Origin: Alphaproteobacteria bacterium
GTDB taxonomy: Bacteria > Pseudomonadota > Alphaproteobacteria > MPNO01
Length of the DNA stretch: 64,000 nucleotides
Reading direction: 5' to 3'
Assembly (NCBI GenBank): GCA_964291675.2
Contig: OZ219866.1
Span: 3,200,001-3,264,000 of the forward strand
The notes beneath the pieces are model-generated. The model made no database searches, was not told the origin of the DNA, and was given only the letters and a program-made list of their open reading frames with translations. Positions 28,773 through 38,621 of this stretch are shown here, one piece after another. Position 1 is the stretch's first letter; each line of letters begins with the position of its first letter. Both the position numbers and the translations under genes were made by a program.

Positions 28773-29231
28773 ATGGCGTTTGGACTCAACTCCGCGCAGA
28801 TCATTGGCCGCCTCGGCGACGACGTCAGCATCAACCACCTGGCCTCCGGCGGGCGCGTGGCCAACATGAGCATCGCCACCGACGAGAGCTACATCGACCG
28901 GAACGGCGGGGGCGAACGGATCGACAAGACCGAATGGCACCGCGTCGTGACGTTCCAGAGCGGTCTGGTCGACATGCTGGAAAAGCACGCGAAGAAGGGC
29001 CGTCTGGTCTACGTCGCGGGCAAGCTGCAGACCCGCAGGTGGCGCAAGGACGGCGAGGACTCGGACCGCTTCTCCACCGAGATCCTGCTGGTTCCCGGCG
29101 GGCGCGTACAGTTCCTGGACAAGCCCGCCAACGGCAACGGCGCCCCGGCGTCGAACGGTGAGGCGACCGCCCAGACCGCCGCGTCTGGCACCGCCGATCC
29201 CGACGAGACCGCAGGCGAGATTCCCTTCTGA
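28773..29231 (+). CDS. ssb: Single-stranded DNA-binding protein
   Basis: LNSAQIIGRLG, TEWHRVV, GKLQTRRW and acidic tail ending in EIPF. Confidence 0.95.
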   Translation: MAFGLNSAQIIGRLGDDVSINHLASGGRVANMSIATDESYIDRNGGGERIDKTEWHRVVTFQSGLVDMLEKHAKKGRLVYVAGKLQTRRWRKDGEDSDRFSTEILLVPGGRVQFLDKPANGNGAPASNGEATAQTAASGTADPDETAGEIPF

Positions 29232-29263
29232 ATCCCAACTTCGGCATCCTCCCTGCAACTCAG

Positions 29264-29291
29264 GCCGGCGCCTCGCGCGCCGGCTTTTTTC
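29264..29291 (+). terminator. Rho-independent terminator after ssb
   Basis: GCCGGCGC-ctcgc-GCGCCGGC followed by a T-run. Confidence 0.7.
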
Positions 29292-29492
29292 TTGCCGCCG
29301 GGCCAGAGTCACCGGCCGGGCGGGACGGCATGGGTCGCGCTCCGCGCATCGCCCGCCGTCCCGGCGCCGCCGGGAGGCCGGGTGCCGGCCGGGACCCGGG
29401 CGCATCCCACGCAGCATCGAGAGAGGTCCGGCCATGCGTCCCATCCCCGCTCACGGTCCCGGCTTCGCCGGCCCGCTCGCGAGACGTGCGCG

Positions 29493-30524
29493 GTGAACGC
29501 CGCACGCGTCGCTGCCGCCCTTGCCGGGCGCGCCGAGGAAGTGTGCCGGCGCTACCTCCCCCACGGACGCAGGAGCGGCCGCTACTGGATCGCCGGCGAC
29601 ATTCATGGCGCCAGGGGCCGCTCGCTCTTCGTTCGTCTCGCGCCTCCCGGCACGCCCGGCAAGTGGACCGATTCCGCCGAGGGCACGCATGGCGACCTGC
29701 TCGACCTCGTCCGCATCGCCTCCGGCGCGAGCTCGCTGCGCGCGGCGCTGGCCGAGGCACGCGCCTTCCTCTCGCTGCCGCCCATACCGGCTCCAACCGG
29801 CCCCGACAACCATGATCGGACCGAGGCGGCACGCCGCCTGTGGCGGCGCTGCCGCGCCATCGACGGCACTCATGCCGAGGCCTATCTCCGCGCCCGCGCC
29901 ATCGATCGCTGCCGCTTCCCCGCGCTCCGCTTCCACCCCGCGCTGCTCCATCGCGACGACGGCGGCGTGCGCCGCCTGCCGGCGCTGGTCGCCGCCGTCA
30001 CCGGCGCCGCAGGGGAACACCCTGGTCCAGGGGAACACCCCGGTCACGGCACGCTCACCGGCGTGCACCGCACATGGCTGGACCCGCAGCGGCCCGCCAA
30101 GGCGGCCGTGGCGCGCCCGCGCAAGGCGCTGGGCCGCGTCCACGGCCACGCCGTCCGCTTCGGCGATCCGGCTACCCGCACGCTGCTGGTGGGCGAGGGG
30201 ATCGAGACGGTGCTGTCGGTCGTCACGGCGTTGCCGGATACCGTCGCAGCCGCGGCGCTCTCGGCCGGCAGCCTCGGCGCGTTCGCGCCTCCGCCCGGCC
30301 ACGCCCGCCTCGTCATCGCCCGCGACAACGACCCCGAAGGCGAGCGCGCGGCGGAACGCCTCGCCCGGCGCTGCGCGCGGGCGGGCGTCGCCGCCATCGT
30401 CCTCACGCCCGACGGGGATGACTTCAACGACGACCTCGTTGCCCTCGGTCCCGCCGCGCTCGCCGCCCGCCTCGCGCCGGTCTTTCGCTGCTCGGGAGGC
30501 GGGGGGCCGCGTGCATTGGCCTGA
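29493..30524 (+). CDS. Plasmid/ICE-type Toprim primase-like protein
   Basis: GDLLDL, AEAYLRAR, GVHRTWL, VGEGIET, IARDND and DFNDDL. Confidence 0.85.
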   Translation: MNAARVAAALAGRAEEVCRRYLPHGRRSGRYWIAGDIHGARGRSLFVRLAPPGTPGKWTDSAEGTHGDLLDLVRIASGASSLRAALAEARAFLSLPPIPAPTGPDNHDRTEAARRLWRRCRAIDGTHAEAYLRARAIDRCRFPALRFHPALLHRDDGGVRRLPALVAAVTGAAGEHPGPGEHPGHGTLTGVHRTWLDPQRPAKAAVARPRKALGRVHGHAVRFGDPATRTLLVGEGIETVLSVVTALPDTVAAAALSAGSLGAFAPPPGHARLVIARDNDPEGERAAERLARRCARAGVAAIVLTPDGDDFNDDLVALGPAALAARLAPVFRCSGGGGPRALA

Positions 30525-30580
30525 ACGAAGCGCGGGACGGAGAGAGAGAACCCGCCGCAACCCCCGAAGGGGACATTCCG

Positions 30581-30817
30581 ATGGGACGCTACAGAACCGA
30601 CCTCGCCTTCAAGCTCGCCGCCCCCGACGAGGTGCGAGTCTTTCGAGACGGCGAGCACGTCGGCGACATCTTCAAGGACGAGGACATCCTCGATCCGGGC
30701 CGGTTCCACTACCTCATCCATCTCACGGAGGACTGGCGCGGCTGGAAGCGCGTGACCGAGCGCAGCAAGCTGCGCGAGACCGTCGAGCGCTGGGTCGAGA
30801 CCCACCCCCTGCTCTGA
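30581..30817 (+). CDS. Small hypothetical protein
   Basis: 78 aa with GC3-biased codons and a RBS. Confidence 0.65.
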   Translation: MGRYRTDLAFKLAAPDEVRVFRDGEHVGDIFKDEDILDPGRFHYLIHLTEDWRGWKRVTERSKLRETVERWVETHPLL

Positions 30818-30917
30818 GCCGGCGCCGTTCGCACAGGCCCGCTTCCCGGAAAACCTTCTCGCGGCGGTCGCGTCCGCGGACGCGAAGCGGCTGGCGCCGC
30901 TTGGGACGGACAGGGGA

Positions 30918-31186
30918 CTGTGCCCCGTCGTGATCTCCAATTCTGCCACGCGTGCTCGGTCCGCCAACCGGGGGTCCTCCGCTGCGCTCCGGCGCGGCGG
31001 GCTGCGCTAGACAACGGCGCGCGGCGACCGTGGCTCAGGCCCAACCTCCGCCGGGCTCGTTCCTCGCCAGGCTCCGCTACGGCCTTGCGCCCGCACCACT
31101 CGCCCCGCACCGCCGCCAAGCTCCGCCAGCACCGCGTGGCTCCCCTGCGCGCGCGTGTCCGAAGTGGAGATCACGACGGGGCACAG
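30918..31186. repeat. 22-bp perfect inverted repeat enclosing a structured spacer
   Basis: CTGTGCCCCGTCGTGATCTCCA (30918-30939) and TGGAGATCACGACGGGGCACAG (31165-31186). Confidence 0.8.
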
Positions 31187-31218
31187 GGCCCTGGAGGATG
31201 AACCGAAAGGAACTCGAT

Positions 31219-32136
31219 ATGTTCGATACCGGCGCCACACAGACCGCATCGCCCACCGCCGCCGTCTGCGAGAGCATGGCCCTCTACGGCGCCGCGCCCG
31301 AGCGCGGCGAGCTCGACAGCCGCGACGTCTGGGACGAGGACGACGCCATCGACGCGCTGAGCGAAGCCATTCGCGTCATGGTGGAGGGCATCACCGTCGA
31401 GGGGACGCAGATGGCCGACGAGCGCGAGAGCCTGCTGTGGGGCTTCGTCAACTGCTTCCATTCCCAGGTCGCCCGCCTCGACCGGACCATCGACCGCATC
31501 GTCCCGGAGATGAAGGACCTGGAGCGCGCCCAGGACGGCACCGAGGTCAAGGCGCACGAGCTCGAGACCCTGACCGACCGGGCGCGGAACCTCGGCGACC
31601 GCAGGGACGCGTTCGAGACCATGCGCGACGTCGCCGCCGACGCCTACCGCGTCCACACCGGCGACGTCTGGCGCCCGCGCCACGGATCGCACGCCAGCCA
31701 GACCGGAACGCTCACCTCGGCCGCCATCGACGCCCGCGACTTCCGCCGCGCCCGCAAGGACCGCGAGACCCGCGCGCATCTGCCCGACGGCACCCTGGTG
31801 GCGATCGCCGGCGGCAAGAGCGTCGCCGATGCGGACGCGGTCTGGACCACGCTGGACCGCGCGCGCGAGAAGTACGGCGACATGGTTCTGCTGCACGGCG
31901 GCGGTCCCGGCATCGAGAAGATCGCCGCAAGCTGGGCGAACGCGCGCGGCGTCGACCAGGTGGTCTGCCGCCCGGACTGGAGCGCCCACGGCAAGGCCGC
32001 CCCGTTCCGCAGGAACGACGAGCTGCTGAACCTGCTGCCGAAGGGCGTCATCGCGTTCCCCGGCTCCGGGATCACCGGAAACCTCGTCGACAAGGCGAGG
32101 CAGCTGGGCATACCCGTGTATTCCGTCGCGGCGTGA
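31219..32136 (+). CDS. DUF2493/YspA-like SLOG domain protein
   Basis: VLLHGG, IAASWA, AAPFRRND and FPGSGITGNLVDKARQLGIPV. Confidence 0.85.
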   Translation: MFDTGATQTASPTAAVCESMALYGAAPERGELDSRDVWDEDDAIDALSEAIRVMVEGITVEGTQMADERESLLWGFVNCFHSQVARLDRTIDRIVPEMKDLERAQDGTEVKAHELETLTDRARNLGDRRDAFETMRDVAADAYRVHTGDVWRPRHGSHASQTGTLTSAAIDARDFRRARKDRETRAHLPDGTLVAIAGGKSVADADAVWTTLDRAREKYGDMVLLHGGGPGIEKIAASWANARGVDQVVCRPDWSAHGKAAPFRRNDELLNLLPKGVIAFPGSGITGNLVDKARQLGIPVYSVAA

Positions 32137-33593
32137 TGCGGCACTTCCCCCTCTCCCGGGAGCCGGTCCTCGCAAACGTGAGGACCGGCTCCCCCCTTTT
32201 GCTCCGTTGCCAGAGCCGCGCATCGACGCTGAGCGTCCGGCGCGGCGCTTCGCGCCGGCGCCGGGCGCTCGCCGGTCGTTCCTCTCCAGCGGCTGTCCCT
32301 CCCTTCTCAGCGCGGCGGCTCGCCGTTCTGCGAACGGCATATCGCCGCCGCGCTTCGCGCGCCGCCATCGGCCCCGTATCAGCTCTTCCTTCTCCCCGAA
32401 CCCGCATTGGACGCCGCCACCGTTCCGTTTGTGGCGGCCCTGGTGGGGCATTCCCCGAACCCTGTCGCTTGTAGCACAACTTCCATTGTCCCCGGTGACG
32501 GCCTGCCGTCGTCCGCGCCGTCGGTCGAAAGGGTTGGGCGCCCGCCCGGTCCTTCGGACCGGTCGCCGGGCTCTATTCCGCCGGGCGCGGCTTCGCCACG
32601 CCCGGCTCCACGAAGCCCGCTTCGCGGTCTTCGCCGTTCGGTGACGATCCCTGGCGCTTGCCGGTGCGGACGACAGGGCCCCGTCCTTCCGCCGCCGTGG
32701 CTCGGTCGCTCCGCTCCCATCGCCGGCGGCTCTCCCCGATACCTTGTCCAGTCGCCTCGCCGCCCTTCGGCGGCTCGCCTTCCCCCATGGCCTCGCAACA
32801 GGCTCGGCGCTTCGCGCCATCGCTCTCTCCCACACCGTCATCGAAGATGAACAGCAGCGCTCCCTGCGCCATCGTATTCAGGCCTGCCGCGATCCCGATC
32901 GTCCTCGTCGAACACGCAGTGTTCCGCGCTCCCGCGCTCAACTCGTCCAGCCGCTCTCCCCGCCCAGGGTCGTCTTGAGACCAAGCCCGCCCGGCCCGAT
33001 GCGACGTTCTGTCAACGCTCACTCCGATCACGTGACCGTCACGCGCTCCGCCTCTTGCTCGAGCTTGCGCTCTCGCAAGCGGCCTCGCTCTCATTCGAGG
33101 TCCCGCATCAACGGGATCGGTTTCTCCGGATCGTTCCCCATTGCCTCTGCCTCGACCCCCGCTCCAATGGACGGCGTCGCCACTGGAATCGGAGCCCTCA
33201 CGACGAATTTCTCCACCTGAATCGCATTGACGACCAATTTTTTTCGCCGTGGTAACGCGTAGCCAAGCCCATACATGTGGTGACTACGTTCCCCGGAGGC
33301 CCCACATATGGTGTTCGCAATGAGGACCGTGCTATGCAGGCAGCATGCTTCGTCGGAAACAAGTCACTGAAAAAGGCAGCTTCTCACACCTGTGCATGCT
33401 GGCGCATGCGGGAGCGAGCCGGAGCCACGGAATCGGCCCACGGGGACGGCACACCACAACACCTATACAAGGATTTTCCGAGCTTTGTCGGGTCGCTTCA
33501 GCCGGTTGCTGAGAGGCTGTGCGTGCCGGATCGCATGAACACCGTCCCGGCAGGAATGGGCACGCACACCAGTCGCCAGCGGGCGGGTGCGCC

Positions 33594-36500
33594 ATGGTAG
33601 CCACCATCGGCCAGATGGCGTCGGCGGAGTACTACCTGGAGAGCCAGCGCTCGTTCCGCCATCCCAACGAGTACTACACGGCGGGCGAGGAGCCGGACGG
33701 CACCTGGTTCAACCCCAGGGGCCTGCTCGGGCTGGAGGACGGGCAGAAGGTGGATTCCGGCCACTTCCACCGCCTCTACTCGGGCTTCTCTCCCGACGGC
33801 TCGGACAAGCTGGTACAGCGGGCCGGCAACCCGGCGCGCTCTCCCGGCGTCGACCTGACGTTCTCGGTGGACAAGAGCGTGTCGTCGCTCTGGGCCCTCG
33901 CCGAGCCGCAGATGCGCCAAGAAATCGAGGCGATGGCGGTGGCCGCCGCCAGGGCGGCGATCGAGGACACCGTGTTCAGGTATTGCGCCTACACCCGTGT
34001 CGGCAGCAACGGCGTGACCCGTCCTTCGGAGGCCGACCTCATGGGAGCCACCTTCGTGCACGGCACGAGCCGGGAGAACGACCCGCAGCTTCACGTCCAC
34101 TGCACGATCTTCAACCTCGCGAGGACCCGGGAGGACGGCAGGTGGCGGGCGCATCACCAGTACCCGGTCTACAGCTGGAAGAAGGCGGCGGGTGCGCTGT
34201 TCCGCGCGTACATGGCCTGGGACCTGCAACAGAACCTGGGCGTGCGCATGGATCAGTACGGTCCCAACGCCGAGTTCACCCGTATCGAGGGGATGCCGGA
34301 GGATTTGCAGTCCTTCTGGTCGAAGCGGCGTAAGGCCATCGTCGCCAAGGCCGGGGAGCTGGGCATTCCCTCGCTCGGCAACGCTTCGCGCATGGCGGGC
34401 GTGAACAAGCTGACCAGGGCGGGCAAGTCACATGACAACGACCCCGAGGTCCGTCACCGCCGCTGGCGCGAGGAAGCGCAAGACTATGTCGAGCGCGAGG
34501 CGCTGATCCGGTCCGTGACAGGCCATAAGGTCGAGATCGGGCGAGAACGGATCCGGGAGCTGACCGACAGGCTCGACGATCTTCCTGCCCACCTTGCGCG
34601 TGAGGAAGCCGTGTTCCGGCGCCCGGACATGGTGGAGGCGGCGGCGAACGCGGCAGCGGGACTGCTGGGCCGGGACGCGGTGGGGACGGCCATCGAGCGG
34701 CTGCGGCGCAACCCGGAGATCGAGCGGCTGGAGCCCAAGAAGCCGACGGCGGAGTCCCTGGCCGGCATGGCTCACACCGAGGTCTACTCCACCCGCCATA
34801 ACCTCGGCCTGGAGCAGGCGGTCAAGGACATGGCCGAGGCCATGGCGGCCGACACCGGCCACGGCCTGCCGGAACAGGCGGTCAAGGAGAAGGTGGAGAC
34901 CCTGCTTGAACGGGGCTATCCGCTGAGCCAGGAGCAGTCGCTGGCGATCCGCCACGCCACCGCGAGGGGCGGCCGGGTCGCGGTGATCGAGGGCGCGGCG
35001 GGCTCGGGCAAGACCACCACCTTGAGGCCCATCACCGACCTTCACAGGGAGCACGGCTACGAGATCGTGCCGACGGCGGTGGCCTGGCGGACGGCGGTGG
35101 CGCTGGGCGACGACTGCGACGCGCGCGCCTACTGCGTCGACAAGCTCCTCAAGCTCGCGGCCAAGGGACAGATCGAGATTGGCGCCAAGACCCTGATCGT
35201 GGTGGACGAGGCGGGGATGCTGTCGACCCGCCAGGCCCATCACATCCTTCAGCTCTCCGAGCGCCACGGCGCCAAGGTGGTGTTCGCCGGCGACACGCGC
35301 CAGCAGCAGCCGGTGGAGGCGGGGCCGGGGTTGAGATTGATCCGCGACGTGGCGGGCAGCGTGCGCGTCGACCGCATCCGGCGCCAGAAGGCGGACCTGG
35401 AGGACGTGCTCGTCCATGTTCACGAGGAGACGCCGGAGCAGGCGCGCTTCCGGGCGGGGCTCACGAACCCGCAGGAGCGTGACGCCATCATGGCCGGCTA
35501 CGAGGCGACGGACCGCAAGCCGGTGTTCACCCCGTGGCAGGTGGCGGTGTCGGAGGCGCTTCGAGACGGCGAGGCCGGGAAAGCCATCGAGGCGTGGCAT
35601 TTGCGGGGCCGCCTTCATCTCTGTCACGACGAGGAGAAGACCCTGGCGAAGCTGGTGGACGACTGGGCGCGGCACGTCAAGGCCGAGCCGGACTCGTCCG
35701 CCGTCGTTCTCGCGCGCACGCGGGCGGAGACGCGCGCGCTGTCGTGGCTGATGCGGGAGCGGGTGCTCGGCAAGACGCCCGATGCGGAGCGCGCCGTCAT
35801 CGAGGTGAGCCGCGAGGTGGACGGGCGCAAGACGGAGCCTCTGGAGATCGCCGTCGGCGACCGGTTGCGCATCGGGGCGACGCAGTGGGAGAAGCTGCTC
35901 TTCAACGGCACCGTGGTCACCGTCGAGCGCATAGAGATGCACCGGGAGGTGCAGCGGGCAGCAGACCCTGCGGTGTCGGACACGGCGGTGTCCCGCAAGG
36001 CCCGGAACCGGCGAGCCGGCGGGGCCGCCGGGCGCGGGGCCGGGACGGAGGCGAGAGACCGCAAGCCCGGAGAGGACGAACCCTCCCTTCTGATCACCGC
36101 CCGCACGGATGATGGGCGCAAGGTGACGTTCCGCCACGACGAGATCCGCGATTTTCACGGCAACGTCCGCCTCGACTACGGCTATGCCATGACCATCGCC
36201 TCCGCCCAGGGGCTCACCGTGGACAGGGCCTTCCTGCTGGTGGACGACCGGCCGGCGCGGGAGACGATCTACCCGGCCGCGACCCGGCACCGGGAGGGGA
36301 TCGACGTCTACGTCAACCGCTCACCCATCGCCTTCGACATCGCCGAGCGGCGGCCGGAGGACAATGCCGACATGCCGGTGACGGACTCGGAAGTCCGCGG
36401 GTATCTGGCCGAGCGCTGGTCGCGCTCCGAGCCCAAGGAGGCGGCGCTCGACTACGTCGCGGGCGGCGCATGGCGCGATCCCCGGGAAGCGGCGCGCAAC

Positions 36501-37691
36501 AGCCGGGCCCGCCCGGACGGCATGCGGCAGGCCGGCACGGCCCAGGCCAACGCCGCCGCGAACGACAACGCGCTGGACCGCATCGCGGGCGAGATCCGCT
36601 ACGCCGTCAACGGCTGGCGTCACGGCGCTGCCGTCGACGCATTCGCGGCCGAGCGGGCCGAAGTTCTGGCCGCCTGGGACGACCTCCGCGCGCGCGTCCG
36701 GGACGAGGGCGAGGCGATCGCGCTCAGCCCGGCCTTCCGCGAGACCCTCGACCGCCACGGCGCGCTGATGAAGCAGGCCGCGTCCTTCACGGCCCGCCCC
36801 CGGACCTTCGAGCGGCTTCTCTCCGAGCGCGCCGGGATCGGCGACGGCGAGCTGCGGGAGCTGCGCGACGTGCATGCCCGGGCCGGCAGCTACCTCCGCT
36901 CCGCCGCCGCCAGGGCGGCGCACACACGGCAGAACACGGAGGGAGCGAGCGAGCAGGCGCGCCAGGACACCGAGACGGAGAGCGAGCACGCGCGTCGGGA
37001 CGGGGAACCGGCTCCCGAGCCCGCACGGCAGACCGCATCCACCGCAGAGACCGCCCATACCGACCGGCCTGCCGCGCAGACGAGCCGGGATACCGGCGCC
37101 GACGCCGCTCCGGTCAGGCCGGCCGCCGAGGCGCCCGCGCGGAGCGAGGCGTCCGGCCCGGACCTGTCCCGGGCGGCCTATCGCCGGCTCCGGCGCAACT
37201 GGCAGGCGCACCTCGACCGGGCCGGGAGGCAGGGCGAGCATCGCTTCGACCTCGACGGCGCCAACGCGCTCATCGAGCGCATCGCCGCCTTCTCCGGGAG
37301 CCAGTGGCTTGCCGCAGAGGCGCGCGCGCGTCTGGAGGAGATCGTCGGGCAGTACCGGGCGCACGCCGCGGCGCGCGAGAGGGTGCGCGGCTTCCTGCGC
37401 GACGTGGAACGCCACTGGCTGCGCTACCGGACCATTACCCACCGCGAACGCGACCTCGACATCCCGCGCCAGGAGCAGCGCTCCTGGCCGATCTGGCTGG
37501 ACCGGAACGAAAGCCTGCTGCGGGAGGGCCGCGCGATCCTCGACGACTTCGCGACCTACCGCGCCCATCTCGACCGCGTCGAAGACGGGCGCGAGCGCCT
37601 GCCGGCAGAGGTCTCCCGGCTGGAACGGTTCTCGTCGGCGTACCGCACGCAGTCCCGGTCCCGCGACAGCGGGCGCTCGTGGAGCATGTGA
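33594..37691 (+). CDS. MobF (TrwC/TraA-like) conjugative relaxase-helicase
   Basis: N-terminal YY...YY, DLTFSVDKSVS, HGTSRENDPQLHVH (HUH), GAAGSGKTT, VDEAGM and AQGLTVD. Confidence 0.93.
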   Translation: MVATIGQMASAEYYLESQRSFRHPNEYYTAGEEPDGTWFNPRGLLGLEDGQKVDSGHFHRLYSGFSPDGSDKLVQRAGNPARSPGVDLTFSVDKSVSSLWALAEPQMRQEIEAMAVAAARAAIEDTVFRYCAYTRVGSNGVTRPSEADLMGATFVHGTSRENDPQLHVHCTIFNLARTREDGRWRAHHQYPVYSWKKAAGALFRAYMAWDLQQNLGVRMDQYGPNAEFTRIEGMPEDLQSFWSKRRKAIVAKAGELGIPSLGNASRMAGVNKLTRAGKSHDNDPEVRHRRWREEAQDYVEREALIRSVTGHKVEIGRERIRELTDRLDDLPAHLAREEAVFRRPDMVEAAANAAAGLLGRDAVGTAIERLRRNPEIERLEPKKPTAESLAGMAHTEVYSTRHNLGLEQAVKDMAEAMAADTGHGLPEQAVKEKVETLLERGYPLSQEQSLAIRHATARGGRVAVIEGAAGSGKTTTLRPITDLHREHGYEIVPTAVAWRTAVALGDDCDARAYCVDKLLKLAAKGQIEIGAKTLIVVDEAGMLSTRQAHHILQLSERHGAKVVFAGDTRQQQPVEAGPGLRLIRDVAGSVRVDRIRRQKADLEDVLVHVHEETPEQARFRAGLTNPQERDAIMAGYEATDRKPVFTPWQVAVSEALRDGEAGKAIEAWHLRGRLHLCHDEEKTLAKLVDDWARHVKAEPDSSAVVLARTRAETRALSWLMRERVLGKTPDAERAVIEVSREVDGRKTEPLEIAVGDRLRIGATQWEKLLFNGTVVTVERIEMHREVQRAADPAVSDTAVSRKARNRRAGGAAGRGAGTEARDRKPGEDEPSLLITARTDDGRKVTFRHDEIRDFHGNVRLDYGYAMTIASAQGLTVDRAFLLVDDRPARETIYPAATRHREGIDVYVNRSPIAFDIAERRPEDNADMPVTDSEVRGYLAERWSRSEPKEAALDYVAGGAWRDPREAARNSRARPDGMRQAGTAQANAAANDNALDRIAGEIRYAVNGWRHGAAVDAFAAERAEVLAAWDDLRARVRDEGEAIALSPAFRETLDRHGALMKQAASFTARPRTFERLLSERAGIGDGELRELRDVHARAGSYLRSAAARAAHTRQNTEGASEQARQDTETESEHARRDGEPAPEPARQTASTAETAHTDRPAAQTSRDTGADAAPVRPAAEAPARSEASGPDLSRAAYRRLRRNWQAHLDRAGRQGEHRFDLDGANALIERIAAFSGSQWLAAEARARLEEIVGQYRAHAAARERVRGFLRDVERHWLRYRTITHRERDLDIPRQEQRSWPIWLDRNESLLREGRAILDDFATYRAHLDRVEDGRERLPAEVSRLERFSSAYRTQSRSRDSGRSWSM

Positions 37692-37744
37692 GCGCTATGG
37701 GAGAGAGCGGAACGTCCCGGCAATTGTCCGGCGCGAGTGGGGCA

Positions 37745-38472
37745 CTATGACCCGCCGCTCACCAGAACCCCGTAGCCGCCGTTCATCAGCCAGAGCGCGC
37801 GCTTCACCCGCCAGCGCACCCGCGCCTTCATCGAGCCGTCGCGCGACCAGTCCGCGGCAACCCGCCGCCTGCCGTAGAGCTCGATCGCGATCCCGCGCAG
37901 GCTGCGGCCGGCGAGCCTCGCGTCGAGCACCCTCAGCAGCTCCTCGTCGGGGATGCGGAGACGCCGCCTGTCCCGTCTTTTTTGGTCTCGACCGCCGCGA
38001 CCGGCCACAGGTCCCCGGCCCCGTGCAGGCGCACGCCAAGGTCGAGCCCGGTGGCCAGGCCGATCAGCACCCCACCCGCCGGATCGAACTTTTGGCCGTC
38101 ATCGATCCGGATCTGCAAGGATGCCTCGCCCTGCTCGACCTTGACCGCCGCGCCCCCGTCCGCGAGACGCAGCCCCGACAACCGCACCCCCGGCCCCGCC
38201 AGCAGCGCCGTCAGCGGCGGCGCCCCGGGCACGGGGATGCCCCGCAGCGCCGGCGCCTCCGTCCAGAAGGGGGAACCCTCCTCGGCGAGCGGATCCTCCC
38301 ACGCCATCAGTCCCCATGCCGCCGCCGCGCGGTCCGCGGGCGACTGCGTTCGCATCGGAAGCGGTCCGCTCTCCGCCGGCGGCATGGTGTCGGCCGCCGC
38401 CTCCCATTCAGCCGCGTAGTCCGGGTTCCGCTTCAGGAACCGCCAGGCCCTCCCCGCTCCGGTATTGCTCAT
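37745..38472 (-). CDS. DUF2285 (FseA-like) transcriptional activator, split by a frameshift near 37980
   Basis: AWRFLKRNPDY...WGL...EDP is in one frame; LRVLDARLAGRSLRGIAIELYG...LMNGGY is in the -1 frame. Confidence 0.7.
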
Positions 38473-38621
38473 GATCCTCCTCCTTCGGGTTGCCCTCTCA
38501 CGCAAAGGACCCCGGCCCCTGCCTCCCGCGTGGGAGGACCGGGACCGGGGTCCGGTGGAATAGCCGGCTCAACGCCGTTCCATGGATGTGAACGGAACCG
38601 CGGCGCGCCGCGCGCCGCGCC

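Noticed and set aside
32850-33150. Possible traC/traD-like mobilisation gene divergent from the relaxase
   Set aside because: Only a short coiled-coil-like stretch with internal stops; similarity is too weak to call.
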